From Bacteroidia bacterium (GTDB taxonomy: Bacteria > Bacteroidota > Bacteroidia > M30B66), in the NCBI GenBank assembly GCA_965279035.1, contig OZ257142.1, forward strand, positions 1,408,001-1,472,000: a stretch of DNA of 64,000 bases, written 5' to 3'. This document shows positions 8,830-19,849 of the stretch, one piece after another. The notes beneath the pieces were generated by a model that was given only the letters and a program-made list of their open reading frames with translations, was not told the DNA's origin and ran no database searches. Made by a program: the position numbers and the translations under genes. The stretch's first letter is position 1, and the number at the start of each line of letters is the position of its first letter.

Positions 8830-10563
8830 TTAAATCGGGTAATCTTGCTTAGCCCATTTTTTATAATTGGACTTTTGGTTTTCACTTGCAGCAGAATCAA
8901 ATTCAATTTCTCGACTTACAAACCAATTTTTTCCTGAAGATTCAAGCTCCACTACTTTCAACTGTTCTCTTGAAAATACATGAATCATCAGTCGCTCCTT
9001 ATTAGAGGAAACAATTGACCAGTTTTGATTAACTCTTCGATTATCGCAAGCAAGAACGATATCTCCTACCATGAGACCTGATTGTTCGGCTGGCGAACCT
9101 GGTGCAAGTAAGGCGATGCTTGTTTGTCCAGCGTTTTCTAAAATCTTAAATCCAAATCGATGTTCTGCATCTGAAAATGGAAACTGCATTTTCAAATTCA
9201 TTCCAATACGTTCAAAACAGCGGACTAATTCAGGTTCAAAGTCTTTGGTTCCATCAATATAATCCGAATAAAAAGCACTGAAATCGATAGTGGAAATTTC
9301 CTTCAGATGGTTTAAAATACTTTCCTTCGAATAAGAAATCCCCTTTTGGGCATCCTGATATAAACGTCGAATAAGTTCATCCACACAAACTTCATCGATT
9401 GTTTTTTCACGAATCAAACTATCAATCATAAAAGTAATGAGACTTCCTTCCACATAAATGGATGTTTTACGGTTAGGAATTCCTGGTACATATCCATCGA
9501 GCCATGTATCAAACGAAGCTTCCGCAACGGGCTGGTTGAATCGACCATAATTGGTGAAATGACGTTTCAGTTTATCGTTGAGCGTTTTTAAATAACGTGT
9601 GCTATCGAAAACTCCCGATCGCAATAAAAATTGATCACCATACCATGTGGTGATTCCCTCATAAACCCATCCTAAACGACTATAGTTTTCATAGGTAAAA
9701 TCATAGGGTGACATTTCACTTGGACGAATCGTTTTGATGTTCCAAGCGTGAAACAATTCATGAGAACTCACTCCCAATAATTCATCATAAAAATCGGTAC
9801 TGAACACCTTGTTTCCAGGACCTAAAGCGCAAACCGTGCTGTATGTATGCTCAACACCATGGTAAAAAAATACAGGAAGAATTTGAAAAAGAAAATGATA
9901 ATCTCGTCCCGGTAAATTGCCTACAGTGAGGAGTTGTTCTTTGCAGAATTTTCTAAAATCAATGCTCAGTCTTTGCCAATCGGGTTGAACATCACCCATA
10001 AACCAGAGGTGAAAAATATGTTCCGACTCATCGAGTTCGAGGTGTTGTAATCCGGCAGATGCGATAAAAGGAGAGTCGGCTAATTGATCGAAATTTTCGC
10101 ACTCAAATGCAAATAGGTTCTCCAATGGTTTTAAGTTCGTAGCAATTTGATAAGAACTAGGAACGACAATTTCCAAACGGCAGGCTTCATTCATTCGTTC
10201 TGGAATAAAGACGCAACAGTTCACTGGATTCACATACAATTGTGCATCATCGAGGTAGCTCGATCCAGCATTTAATTCGGCAGCATAATAAGTGTAAATC
10301 ACACTGAATTCAGACGTTTTGCCACATTCTACTTCCCATAAATCTTTCTTGATTTTGTGAAAATGAATTGCTTTTCCATCAACATCTTCCACCCGAAAAC
10401 TCCGAATATTCTTAGCAAAATTTCCTAATTCATAACGACCTGGACGCCATGATGGAAGCTGAACTTGCACTTTTTCATCTGAATTTCCCTTCACAGTAAA
10501 GGTGATTTCAATTAACTGTGAACCTGGATTACTATACCCAATTTTATAGAGAAGTTGATGCAT
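8830..10563 (-). CDS. M61 family (glycyl aminopeptidase) metallopeptidase with PDZ domain
   Basis: LPSWRPGRY, GVEH, HELFHAWNIKTIRP, WVYEGITTWY, PGSPAEQSGL.GD. Start moved to 10563 (MHQLLY) to avoid overlap with the phosphatase gene. Confidence 0.9.
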   Translation of the reverse strand: MHQLLYKIGYSNPGSQLIEITFTVKGNSDEKVQVQLPSWRPGRYELGNFAKNIRSFRVEDVDGKAIHFHKIKKDLWEVECGKTSEFSVIYTYYAAELNAGSSYLDDAQLYVNPVNCCVFIPERMNEACRLEIVVPSSYQIATNLKPLENLFAFECENFDQLADSPFIASAGLQHLELDESEHIFHLWFMGDVQPDWQRLSIDFRKFCKEQLLTVGNLPGRDYHFLFQILPVFFYHGVEHTYSTVCALGPGNKVFSTDFYDELLGVSSHELFHAWNIKTIRPSEMSPYDFTYENYSRLGWVYEGITTWYGDQFLLRSGVFDSTRYLKTLNDKLKRHFTNYGRFNQPVAEASFDTWLDGYVPGIPNRKTSIYVEGSLITFMIDSLIREKTIDEVCVDELIRRLYQDAQKGISYSKESILNHLKEISTIDFSAFYSDYIDGTKDFEPELVRCFERIGMNLKMQFPFSDAEHRFGFKILENAGQTSIALLAPGSPAEQSGLMVGDIVLACDNRRVNQNWSIVSSNKERLMIHVFSREQLKVVELESSGKNWFVSREIEFDSAASENQKSNYKKWAKQDYPI

Positions 10564-10565
10564 AA

Positions 10566-12194
10566 TCAATGTTGTAATGGAAGAGGAATTGGGTTGCCCG
10601 ATGTGGCATTGGGAAACGGAATATTGAGTAGCCAGCTTACTGTTGGTGCAATATCGTCGATGTAATATGGAAGAGCTGTTTCTCCATGTGCGATTTTCCA
10701 ACCATACCAGAGCATTGGTACGCGTGTATCGTAATTGTAGGATGTTCCGTGTGTTGTACCGGTTGGATGATATTCCATCCAATTAGGCTCCATCGTGATA
10801 ATCACATTTCCAGATCGTTTGGGATGAAATCCTTTTTGGACAAGGTGATTGCTTCCAGTAGTGAATTCGTTTCGTCGTAAATCGCCAGCTGTGATGGTAC
10901 TGTGAATTCCTTTTACTTTAAGTAACCAATCAGCAACAAGCAATTCGGTTTCAGAGATATTTGTCCCATTGGCTTTCAACGCCTCTTCATTCAAATACAC
11001 TTGATCGTTGAATATGCCAATGATGTTGCTATCGATACCGGTTTGAGTTTTCAACCAGGTTTTCAATTCAGCTTCTACAGGAACATAATTCATATAACCT
11101 CCGGGTGCACGTAGATCCATCAAATACTTGGGAACCGTTGCACCACCGTGGTCAGCAGTTAGAAATACTACAAGATTTTCCTTCCCCACATACGCTTCAA
11201 TTGAATCTAACATGTAGTTCAAATCAGCATCAAGGCGCAAATACACATCTTCGGTTTCAACGGCATCGGTTCCGAAATAATGTCCAATGTAATCGGTTGA
11301 TGAAAAGCTCACACAAAGCATATCGGTAAAAGCACCTTTGCCCAATTTCTCTTGGGAGATGAGTTCAAGTGCTAAGTCCTTAGTTAAGCTATTTCCAAAC
11401 GGTGTAGCACGAATCAAATTCTGTCCATCGTTGGTTGCCATAAGTTGTTTTAGATTGTATGGAAACGTGACGGATGTTGTGCCTTTGTATGGTGATTCGT
11501 AAGGTGTTTGATCAGGGAGACTTTCGGTGTATTGATCAATGGGTAAAAACGTAGTCCAAGGTTGAGAAAGATAGGCGAGTGCTTTTTGTTTCTTATTGAA
11601 TTCTACCAACCATTTTGGGAGTTCTTTACAATAAAAACTGCTACTTACAAAATTCCCAGTAGCTCCATCAAACCAATATGCTGCATTAGCAATATGACCA
11701 GCCGGGAGAATGGCTGCTCGATCTTTCAACGCAATTCCATACACCCGTGAACCTAGTTTACTGGCCACGCGCAATTCATCGCCAACCGTGGTGCTCAGCA
11801 AATTGCGAGGCGACATTTGTCCCACTTTTTCGGTAGAGCTTCCTACTGTTTTTACACTTGGATCTTCGGAGCAATAAATCGAGCGATTGGTTTCACGGTT
11901 GAACCAATCGTTGGAGATGATTCCATGACGTTCGGGTGTTGTGCCGGTGTATATGGATGAATGCCCGGGGCCGGTATAGGTAGGTACGTAATTGTATTGC
12001 AAATTTTTACACTGAAAGCCTTGATTGACGAGACGCTTAAATCCTCCATCGCCGTATTTATTCCAGTATTTATAAATGTAATCGAAACGCATTTGGTCAA
12101 CGACAATTCCCACAATGAGTTTAGGAGCTTTGTTGTTTTGAGCTGAAAGGAAATGCGATATGAAAAGGAAAATAGTAAGAAATCGGATAGCCAT
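10566..12194 (-). CDS. pafA: PafA-type alkaline phosphatase
   Basis: PKLIVGIVVDQMR, PTYTGPGH (Thr nucleophile), SFSSTDYIGH, LTADHG, GTTHG..Y.YDT.VP; signal peptide. Confidence 0.88.
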   Translation of the reverse strand: MAIRFLTIFLFISHFLSAQNNKAPKLIVGIVVDQMRFDYIYKYWNKYGDGGFKRLVNQGFQCKNLQYNYVPTYTGPGHSSIYTGTTPERHGIISNDWFNRETNRSIYCSEDPSVKTVGSSTEKVGQMSPRNLLSTTVGDELRVASKLGSRVYGIALKDRAAILPAGHIANAAYWFDGATGNFVSSSFYCKELPKWLVEFNKKQKALAYLSQPWTTFLPIDQYTESLPDQTPYESPYKGTTSVTFPYNLKQLMATNDGQNLIRATPFGNSLTKDLALELISQEKLGKGAFTDMLCVSFSSTDYIGHYFGTDAVETEDVYLRLDADLNYMLDSIEAYVGKENLVVFLTADHGGATVPKYLMDLRAPGGYMNYVPVEAELKTWLKTQTGIDSNIIGIFNDQVYLNEEALKANGTNISETELLVADWLLKVKGIHSTITAGDLRRNEFTTGSNHLVQKGFHPKRSGNVIITMEPNWMEYHPTGTTHGTSYNYDTRVPMLWYGWKIAHGETALPYYIDDIAPTVSWLLNIPFPNATSGNPIPLPLQH

Positions 12195-12315
12195 AAATTT
12201 GAAGATTGTGGTAAAAGTAGGGAAAGCGAATTTTATAAAGAATGGAAAGGCTTTGCTTTATTGAATAGGATTTTAAAGCATTATTTCAATCCAGTCTGGG
12301 TTGGACTGAAAACAA

Positions 12316-12340
12316 AAAATCCCGGCAGAACCAGGATTTT
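12316..12340 (-). terminator. Intrinsic terminator of the DUF2911 gene
   Basis: AAAATCC...GGATTTT hairpin with a minus-strand U-tract. Confidence 0.55.
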
Positions 12341-12358
12341 CAGTAGAATCATGAAAAT

Positions 12359-13231
12359 TTATTTTTTGCTTTTCATTCCCGTTGGAATCTTTGGCGTCCA
12401 CTCAGTAATGCGATCAGTATTCATTTTTACATAAGCATCGTCTTCGTCTGTTAAAGCAAGAGCTTTTGCTTTTCCTGCTGTTTCAACGGCTCCTTTATAA
12501 TCTTTTAAGCCTGCTTGAATTTGAGCTTTCAAACTCAAAATCCAGTACTTCTCTCCACCTTTTTCGAGCGCTTTATTCACATATTCCAATGCCTTGTTGA
12601 GGTCTTTTCCATTGTTGAAATAATACGAAGCAGCACTATTGTAAGATCCTGCCGAAGGACCAGCCATCACATCGTCAATTTGTTTCATGACACGCGCATC
12701 AAATTCTACCTGAACCTCGAATGAAACTCGTGTGTTTTCCCAAGTCAATTCAATGTTAGCAGCATTGTCGCGAAGATTCCCAAAACCGATAGTGAAGCTT
12801 TCTACCGAAGGTGAAATAGCTACTGGTTTTGCTTTAAAACGTATTTGATCATCGGTTTCTTTATACTCACTTGTACCCGATTGTTTGGCTTTTTTATTTA
12901 GAATGATAGTCCACTCCGTTGCTCCTGGAATGGTGAAGAATGAATATTCTCCTGCTGGAATTTTTGTTCCATTGATACTAAATTCATCGGTCGACTTAAA
13001 TACAGTTGCCATATTAGCGCCTGTTCTCCAAAGTTTATCGAAAGGAACAACATCGCCCCATACTTTGCGTCCTTTAGCACTTGGACGAGAATAGGTAATG
13101 GTGAATTCTGACAATCCAACTTTTTGTGTTACTGTGCTGAGAGGACTTGGACGAGGTGTTTCAATTTGCTGTGCTGAAAGAGAACTAATACCTGCGAAAA
13201 AAGTAAATGCAATGAGGAGATGTTTTTTCAT
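12359..13231 (-). CDS. DUF2911 domain protein with C-terminal TPR-like helices
   Basis: PRPSP..TVTQKVG, ITYSRP..KGR.VWG..VP..LWRTGAN; signal peptide. Confidence 0.88.
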   Translation of the reverse strand: MKKHLLIAFTFFAGISSLSAQQIETPRPSPLSTVTQKVGLSEFTITYSRPSAKGRKVWGDVVPFDKLWRTGANMATVFKSTDEFSINGTKIPAGEYSFFTIPGATEWTIILNKKAKQSGTSEYKETDDQIRFKAKPVAISPSVESFTIGFGNLRDNAANIELTWENTRVSFEVQVEFDARVMKQIDDVMAGPSAGSYNSAASYYFNNGKDLNKALEYVNKALEKGGEKYWILSLKAQIQAGLKDYKGAVETAGKAKALALTDEDDAYVKMNTDRITEWTPKIPTGMKSKK

Positions 13232-13238
13232 TTGAAGA

Positions 13239-14858
13239 TTATGGGTTTACTATGATTGATAATGCTTTTGAAACACCATTCATGCGAGCACGAACGTAAT
13301 AAACGCCCGCAGAAAGATGAGCTGTTGACCAAGAAATGCTGTGTTTTCCAGCATCTAATTCTTGGTTTGTAATAAGTTGAACAAGGGTGCCTTTTCGATC
13401 GTAGGCAGCAATTTGAACTTTACCAGCTGTTTTCAAATCAAGCAATAATGATGTTGAATTACTTGCCGGATTGGGTGAGCACGAAAAGGAAGAAAGTGAC
13501 AAACGTGCTTCGAGCATATGAGTTACAATGCCAGTATCGGAAGAAGTACGAACAATATATACTGCATACACTTGCGTATTCGCCGAACTCATACTCGCAT
13601 CAATGGAACTAATATTGGCCATTGGACTCCAAATGCCTCCAACGAGATAGCCAGCTAATTGTCGCTCTTCTTGCAATTTATTTACATCGATAATCGCATC
13701 CATTTTTAGTGGTAAACCCGGTGCGGGAATGAACTCCATGTTGGAACCAAGAAACTCCGGAAAATGAATAGGTAACTGCTCTTCCACAAGCGTTCCATCA
13801 CCATATCGGCTAATTCGACTGATGGTTTTAACAAATGGTACGAGTGTATCATCAACCAGATCTCCACTGGTTGAATCGATCGTAAATCGACTCATTCCGC
13901 CGAAGAAGTAGGAATGCATCACGTTTCCTGTCGAATCGTACACCGGCATTACAGCACTATGATATTGGCTCAAATGCTGATCAAAGTTGGGTACTACATT
14001 CGCCGAGGTCGGTGTAATATCGATAGTGTTGAGGTAAGGAAGATTTGCTTGGTATTGAAACACTCCAGAAAATGCAGTAAAACCCTTATCGCCATTTGGG
14101 AAAATCTGAGGAATTAAGTTATAATCGCGACGATGAAAATTGACTGAATCTCGAATTGCAGAATAATCGCTAATGGAGAGATTTGTTCCATCATCATTAA
14201 TCAAAAACGAGCGTATTTCATTGCTATATTTTTGAACGAAAAAAGCATTATTGGGATTGTTTACCGCATAAATACCATCGAATCGATGTCCAAATACCAA
14301 GTAAAAACGATCATCAATTTTTTTCAAATGTGATCCACTGATTGCTAAAACCGAATCGCTTATTTGGCGAAAGCAGGATTCGATCTCCGAGCCGTTTACA
14401 ACAGCATCATGCAAGCAACTTAGGTCGATGGAAGTTAGGGTTGAAAAGGTTTTGAAGTCATTCACTGATTCGCTCCAGCCATAACCACCTACCATGTATA
14501 GTCGATTTCCTTCTTGGTAAAATGGAATATTAGATGAACTTAATGGTTCGTATAAATTGATTGGTAGATTCGATAAAGAAGCTGACCATTTTTCTCCAGA
14601 AATTGGATCTATCACCCATACGCTTTCGTTTTTTCCGCTGTTAGGAAAAGCAAAAGGTGATTGAAATCCATGAAGTCCATTGATTCTTCCTCCTACAAAA
14701 ATCCATCTTCCATTATACGTTGCAACAGCGCCTGAATGAATTCCGGGCATTTCGGCAAGTGCAAAAGAGTCGATTTCAATACGAAATGAATCGATCTGTG
14801 CCGGAAGTGTCAATGGTAAACCAAGGAAACACAGAATTTGAAATAAGCGGAGAATCAT
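13239..14858 (-). CDS. T9SS type A sorting domain protein with Kelch-like propeller
   Basis: Signal peptide; repeated FVGG/MVGG/FFGG/LVGG motifs; CTD with SPNP..., LSAGVYYVR. Confidence 0.8.
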   Translation of the reverse strand: MILRLFQILCFLGLPLTLPAQIDSFRIEIDSFALAEMPGIHSGAVATYNGRWIFVGGRINGLHGFQSPFAFPNSGKNESVWVIDPISGEKWSASLSNLPINLYEPLSSSNIPFYQEGNRLYMVGGYGWSESVNDFKTFSTLTSIDLSCLHDAVVNGSEIESCFRQISDSVLAISGSHLKKIDDRFYLVFGHRFDGIYAVNNPNNAFFVQKYSNEIRSFLINDDGTNLSISDYSAIRDSVNFHRRDYNLIPQIFPNGDKGFTAFSGVFQYQANLPYLNTIDITPTSANVVPNFDQHLSQYHSAVMPVYDSTGNVMHSYFFGGMSRFTIDSTSGDLVDDTLVPFVKTISRISRYGDGTLVEEQLPIHFPEFLGSNMEFIPAPGLPLKMDAIIDVNKLQEERQLAGYLVGGIWSPMANISSIDASMSSANTQVYAVYIVRTSSDTGIVTHMLEARLSLSSFSCSPNPASNSTSLLLDLKTAGKVQIAAYDRKGTLVQLITNQELDAGKHSISWSTAHLSAGVYYVRARMNGVSKALSIIVNP

Positions 14859-16984
14859 TATTGGTGAACAAGTTTGATGACGTGTTGATCTGCTATCCCA
14901 TTTAAGCGTAGAAAATAGATACCTGCTGGTTGAGAAGATAAATCAATGTCGATGTTTTGGATTTCACTTGAAAGTTTCAAAGTTTTTGAAAAACACTTCT
15001 GTCCAGTAACTGTAAACACATCAAAACTCTTCCACGATGATGAAGACGTATTTAAACGCAACATCGTTTTTTCATGAAATGGATTAGGAAGCACATGAAT
15101 TTCAGGATTAGTCAAGTCGTTTATGCTCAAACAAGATTCAACCGTTAAAGTAACTGAAGCAATAGCTGAACAGGAATTCGCATCCGTATAGGTGTATGAA
15201 ATAACATGTTGACCTATGCCTGCAAGGGCTGGATCGAAGGTATTTCCAGAAACTCCAGTTCCCGATAATGCTCCTCCTTCTGGAGAAACTTGAGGTGTTT
15301 CTATTGCAGAGTCAATACAAAAACTCGCAGCAGAAACAGCTATGGATGCGGATGGTAATGGATTAATAGTAATATCTAAATCAACAGGATTCGCAACACA
15401 TCCATCACTTGTTGTATAGTTATACGTTACAACATAAGTTCCTGGTGCAACGGATGTTGGATCGAAGCTTCCTTCAGTTACACCAGTTCCGGTGAAATTT
15501 CCGCCCGATGGTGTTCCTGTTAATGCAATAGGTGCAAATGAATCTGAGCAAACAGTACTATCTTCAGCCGAAGCTGATAATACTGGCACTGCATATACAA
15601 TTAAAGTTAGAGAATCTGAAGTTGATGTTGGAACACCAGTGCGAGTAACTTCGACTTTATATATACCCGATTCTGTCGCACCATATTGAAAAGAAGTTGC
15701 TCCAGTAATGGCAACATCGTCTTTATACCATTGATAGGTCAATAATGGATTGTAACCAGTTTTAAATGTTCTTGTTTCACCTTGACAAATGGCTAAATCA
15801 CCATCTGCATTGATGAGTGCCATTGGGCTGCCATCGGGACTTGTTAAACGATTAATTTTCCCAGTTTGTTGAGCCAAATAGACTTCACCATAAGCATCTT
15901 CGCCAAAAGTGGTAAAGCTATTTGTTACATATACGCCGTGATCGGTAGAAGTTGCTAATCCATTTCCATTAGGTATCAATGACCAAATGCGGCCGCTGCA
16001 ATAATCTGTTACGAAATAACGCCCATAAAGGGATGCATATAAATTTCCTCGATCAACAAATCCTCCTGTAATGGAGCATCCATTTGTTGCTCCATGTTGA
16101 TATTCGAAAACAGGATCGGTACGATTGGGTGCAGTACAGGAAGAAGAGAAAGAATGCAATCCTTCGCGACATTTCCAACCATAATTTTGCCCACCAGTAT
16201 CGGGTGCTTGAATAAAATCTACTTCTTCATACGTGTCTTGTCCAACATCACCAATCCATAAATCACCTGTTAAACGGTCGAAGCTATAACGCCATGGGTT
16301 TCGAACTCCAATAGCCCATATTTCATCGAGAATATTGTCGCCAGCTTCAAGAAATGGATTTGTAGGAGGAATTGAATATCCTGTAGCTCCACTTACATCA
16401 ATACGTAACATTTTCCCCAAACGAGTTGCTCCATTTTGTCCATTTCCAGATGGATCACCAGCACTACCGCCATCTCCCATTCCGATGTATAAATAACCGT
16501 CTGGACCAAATGCGATATTCCCACCATTGTGATTGGAATACGGCTGTGTTACTGTAAATAAAATCTCTTCAGAAGCCGCATCGCCTGCATTGGGATCGGA
16601 AGAAACAGTAAAGCGCGATACAGTTGTATTTCCAGTCCCAGTTTGGTTGGTATAATTCACATAAAATCGACCACTTGTAGCATAATCAGGAGCGAAAGCA
16701 AGACCGAGTAAACCTTGTTCATTGCCAGTGCTTTTTACACGTGAAACGATATTGAGAAATGTTGTTGCTGTAGTAACACCTCCAACTGCGTATGGATCAA
16801 AAAATTTGATTCTACCAGGAGCTTCTGTGAAGAATAGTCGAGCATCGCCGCAATGGGTGATGCAGGTAATTTTATTCGTAGGTGAAGTGGTGATATTGGC
16901 AACTTGCGTTAAGACAACAGTGGGTGTTTGAGCAAACAAACCTGTTGATGTACAAATCAGAATTGAAAGGAAAAGTTGTTTCAT
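14858..16984 (-). CDS. PQQ-dependent sugar (glucose/sorbosone) dehydrogenase with Ig-like domains and T9SS CTD
   Basis: EQGLLGLAF, NHNGG.IAFGPDGYLYIGMGDGG, GVRNPWRYSFD, GDVGQ..EEVD, SITGG; CTD PNPF...QPAGIYFLR. Confidence 0.9.
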   Translation of the reverse strand: MKQLFLSILICTSTGLFAQTPTVVLTQVANITTSPTNKITCITHCGDARLFFTEAPGRIKFFDPYAVGGVTTATTFLNIVSRVKSTGNEQGLLGLAFAPDYATSGRFYVNYTNQTGTGNTTVSRFTVSSDPNAGDAASEEILFTVTQPYSNHNGGNIAFGPDGYLYIGMGDGGSAGDPSGNGQNGATRLGKMLRIDVSGATGYSIPPTNPFLEAGDNILDEIWAIGVRNPWRYSFDRLTGDLWIGDVGQDTYEEVDFIQAPDTGGQNYGWKCREGLHSFSSSCTAPNRTDPVFEYQHGATNGCSITGGFVDRGNLYASLYGRYFVTDYCSGRIWSLIPNGNGLATSTDHGVYVTNSFTTFGEDAYGEVYLAQQTGKINRLTSPDGSPMALINADGDLAICQGETRTFKTGYNPLLTYQWYKDDVAITGATSFQYGATESGIYKVEVTRTGVPTSTSDSLTLIVYAVPVLSASAEDSTVCSDSFAPIALTGTPSGGNFTGTGVTEGSFDPTSVAPGTYVVTYNYTTSDGCVANPVDLDITINPLPSASIAVSAASFCIDSAIETPQVSPEGGALSGTGVSGNTFDPALAGIGQHVISYTYTDANSCSAIASVTLTVESCLSINDLTNPEIHVLPNPFHEKTMLRLNTSSSSWKSFDVFTVTGQKCFSKTLKLSSEIQNIDIDLSSQPAGIYFLRLNGIADQHVIKLVHQ

Positions 16985-17002
16985 TCGGGTTGGGTTGATT
17001 GC

Positions 17003-17623
17003 TTATTTATTTAATTCAGCAAATATCTTTTTCGCATCAAATTTCTTTGCTGCTTTTCCTTTACGAATGATCTTGATTGATTCAATCGTATCTCCTTGAA
17101 CTATGGCATCTACTACTTCTTGTCCAGTAATAACATGACCGAAAATAGTATGTTTCCCATCTAACCAAGGTGTCGCTTTGTGAGTGATAAAGAATTGACT
17201 ACCATTCGTTTTAGGACCAGCATTGGCCATCGACAAAATTCCAGGACCGGTATGTTTTAATTCTGGTACAATTTCATCTTTGAATTTATATCCTGGACCA
17301 CCAGTTCCATTTCCTGCAGGATCTCCACCTTGTATCATGAAATCTTTAATCACACGATGAAACTTGAGTCCATCGTAAAAAGGCTCTCCCGGTTTTTTCG
17401 CTGTATTCTCAATTTTTCCTTCAGCCAAGCCAACAAAATTAGCCACTGTTAAAGGTGTTTTTTCGAATTCAAGTTGTAGGAAAATAATACCCTTGCTGGT
17501 TTTAATTTCAGCATACATCCCATTTTCTAATTTTGGTTTTTTGGGTTTGTTACCTTTTGCATCAAGGGTTGCAGGTTGTAAAAGTAAGAGAGTAAATAAA
17601 CTTAGAAGAACTGTTTTAAACAT
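17003..17623 (-). CDS. Cyclophilin-type peptidyl-prolyl isomerase (exported)
   Basis: [44 protein letters not shown]. Confidence 0.95.
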   Translation of the reverse strand: MFKTVLLSLFTLLLLQPATLDAKGNKPKKPKLENGMYAEIKTSKGIIFLQLEFEKTPLTVANFVGLAEGKIENTAKKPGEPFYDGLKFHRVIKDFMIQGGDPAGNGTGGPGYKFKDEIVPELKHTGPGILSMANAGPKTNGSQFFITHKATPWLDGKHTIFGHVITGQEVVDAIVQGDTIESIKIIRKGKAAKKFDAKKIFAELNK

Positions 17624-17654
17624 GGATTGATTCGATTGATGGGTGAGTAAAAAG

Positions 17655-17686
17655 AAAAAGCCTATCCGATAATTCAGACAGGCTTT
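17655..17686 (-). terminator. Intrinsic terminator after the Bax inhibitor-1 gene
   Basis: AAAGCCT...AGGCTTT stem with a minus-strand U-tract. Confidence 0.65.
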
Positions 17687-17701
17687 CGAATGAATGATGA
17701 A

Positions 17702-18409
17702 TTAGTCGCGACGTCCGAACAAACGGAGAAGGAATAAGAAGAGATTGATAAAATCGAGGTAAAGTGTTAGCGCTCCAATGATAGATGCTCGTTTTCCTTC
17801 GGATGAATTAACATCCATGGAAGCACTTATATTTTTGATTTTTTGAGTATCATAAGCAACCAATCCTACAAAAATGGCAACACCTACATAGCTGATAATC
17901 CAGTAAAGTGTTTCACTTTGGAGGAAGAAATTTGCAATGGAAGCAATGATGATTCCCACTAAAGCCATTAATGCTAAATTTCCAATGCGTGTTAAATCAG
18001 CTTTAGTTGTGAAGCCATATATGCTCATCACTGCAAAGGTTCCAGCTGTAATAAAAAAGGTAAGTGCAATGGAGCCAGATGTAAATAGGAAGAATATCGA
18101 AGCCAAGGTTAAGCCATTGATTGCTGCATAGGCAATAAAGACAAGGGATGCAACAGTTGGCGACATCTTTTGAACGGCCACTACAAGTGATCCAACAAGT
18201 AAAAGCTCTCCGATGATTAATCCGTAAAATACAAGCTTGCTGCTGAAAATAAATTCGGTAAGCGCTGGAGTCATTGCTGTATACATTGCAGCAAAGGCAG
18301 TAATAACCAAGGCAATGGTCATCCATCCATACACTTTTGTCATAAAAGCTGCCGTGGCAGTTTCGCTACTTTGACTTAGAGTAAGTTGATCGATTGGGTC
18401 TTGATACAT
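17702..18409 (-). CDS. Bax inhibitor-1/YccA family membrane protein
   Basis: FMTKVYGWM, AYDTQKIK, GALTLYLDFINLFL.LLR; start at 18409 or 18448. Confidence 0.92.
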   Translation of the reverse strand: MYQDPIDQLTLSQSSETATAAFMTKVYGWMTIALVITAFAAMYTAMTPALTEFIFSSKLVFYGLIIGELLLVGSLVVAVQKMSPTVASLVFIAYAAINGLTLASIFFLFTSGSIALTFFITAGTFAVMSIYGFTTKADLTRIGNLALMALVGIIIASIANFFLQSETLYWIISYVGVAIFVGLVAYDTQKIKNISASMDVNSSEGKRASIIGALTLYLDFINLFLFLLRLFGRRD

Positions 18410-18565
18410 GGTGTTTAATTTTGGATAAAGGTAAACAGATTGATTCAATTGATTTTTTCAAAACGAAATTTGAAGGAGTATTTTAGTTCCAATTCAATGT
18501 ATGATATACTGTATTAAGCACAGGAATATTTTGAATAACATAAAACCTCCGAATGACAGGAAAAA

Positions 18566-19849
18566 TCAATAACCATATTTTTCTTTCCATAATCGTTTTA
18601 AACGTTCGCGCATTTCATTTTCACGTGCATTGATACCCGGTTCAAACAAGGTATTACCTTTAATCTGTTCAGGTAAAAACTCCAAATCGATGAAATTGTT
18701 TTCGAATTGATGAGCATACTGATAGTCTTCACCATAGCCTAATTCTTTCATCAATTTGGTTGGTGCATTTCGAAGATGCAGAGGGATAGGTAAATCTCCC
18801 GTTTCATCAACCAACTTCTTGGCAGCACCAATCGCTTTATACGATGCATTGCTTTTGGGTGAACATGCTAAATAAATAGCAGTTTGACTCAAGATGAGAG
18901 TACATTCAGGATAGCCTATCACACTGATTGCTTGAAAGCAGTTATTGGCCATGATCAAAGCGGTTGGATTGGCATTTCCAATATCTTCAGAAGAAAGAAT
19001 GAGCATTCTGCGAGCAATAAATTTAGGATCTTCACCACCTGCAATCATGCGTGCTAAGTAGTATACCGCCGCATTGGGATCGCTTCCTCGCATACTTTTA
19101 ATAAAAGCCGAAACGATATCGTAATGCTGCTCTCCCGATTTATCGTAACGCGCTTGATTTTCTTGTAATACCGAAGTTACTGATTGATTATTGATCAACA
19201 CAGGATCATCTCCCGTATGTGTATTGACAACCAATTCGAATAGATTCAGCAATTTGCGCGCATCGCCACCCGAATAACGCATCAAAGCATCAGTTTCTAT
19301 CAATTCAATTTCTCGATGTTTGAGATAACGATCTTCTTTCATCGAGCGTTCGAGCATTCCTAAAAGATCCTCTTTTCCCAAGGATTGAAGCACATACACT
19401 TGGCATCTGGAAAGTAAAGCCGGAATAACTTCAAACGAAGGATTTTCGGTTGTAGCACCAATCAATGTAACAATGCCGCGTTCAACAGCACCTAGCAATG
19501 AATCTTGTTGGGATTTACTAAAACGATGTATCTCATCGATAAACAATACAGGCTTTCTAAGTAAACCACCTTGTTTAGAGGCAAGATCAATAATTTCTCT
19601 CACTTCTTTCACACCTGAGGCAATGGCACTTAAGGTGAAAAATGGAGCGTCACTGGCTTCGGCTAATAATCGAGCTAAGGTAGTTTTTCCCACTCCGGGC
19701 GGTCCCCAAAGTAGTAAGGAGGGAAGTGGAAGCTTTTGTTTGATCAGTTTTGATAATACAGAACCATCACCCAACAAATGAGATTGACCTACATATCCTT
19801 CGAGCGTTGTAGGTCGCATACGTTCAGCTAATGGTTCGTTTGCGCTCAT
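18566..19849 (-). CDS. rarA: Replication-associated recombination protein A (MgsA)
   Basis: PLAERMRP, GPPGVGKTT, FIDEIHRF, GATTENPSF, SAFIKSMRGSDP, PLHLRNAPT. Confidence 0.96.
   Translation of the reverse strand: MSANEPLAERMRPTTLEGYVGQSHLLGDGSVLSKLIKQKLPLPSLLLWGPPGVGKTTLARLLAEASDAPFFTLSAIASGVKEVREIIDLASKQGGLLRKPVLFIDEIHRFSKSQQDSLLGAVERGIVTLIGATTENPSFEVIPALLSRCQVYVLQSLGKEDLLGMLERSMKEDRYLKHREIELIETDALMRYSGGDARKLLNLFELVVNTHTGDDPVLINNQSVTSVLQENQARYDKSGEQHYDIVSAFIKSMRGSDPNAAVYYLARMIAGGEDPKFIARRMLILSSEDIGNANPTALIMANNCFQAISVIGYPECTLILSQTAIYLACSPKSNASYKAIGAAKKLVDETGDLPIPLHLRNAPTKLMKELGYGEDYQYAHQFENNFIDLEFLPEQIKGNTLFEPGINARENEMRERLKRLWKEKYGY

Noticed and set aside
10564-10782. 73-aa N-terminal extension of the M61 peptidase
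   Set aside because: It overlaps the phosphatase 3' end in another frame; family-like sequence starts at 10563.
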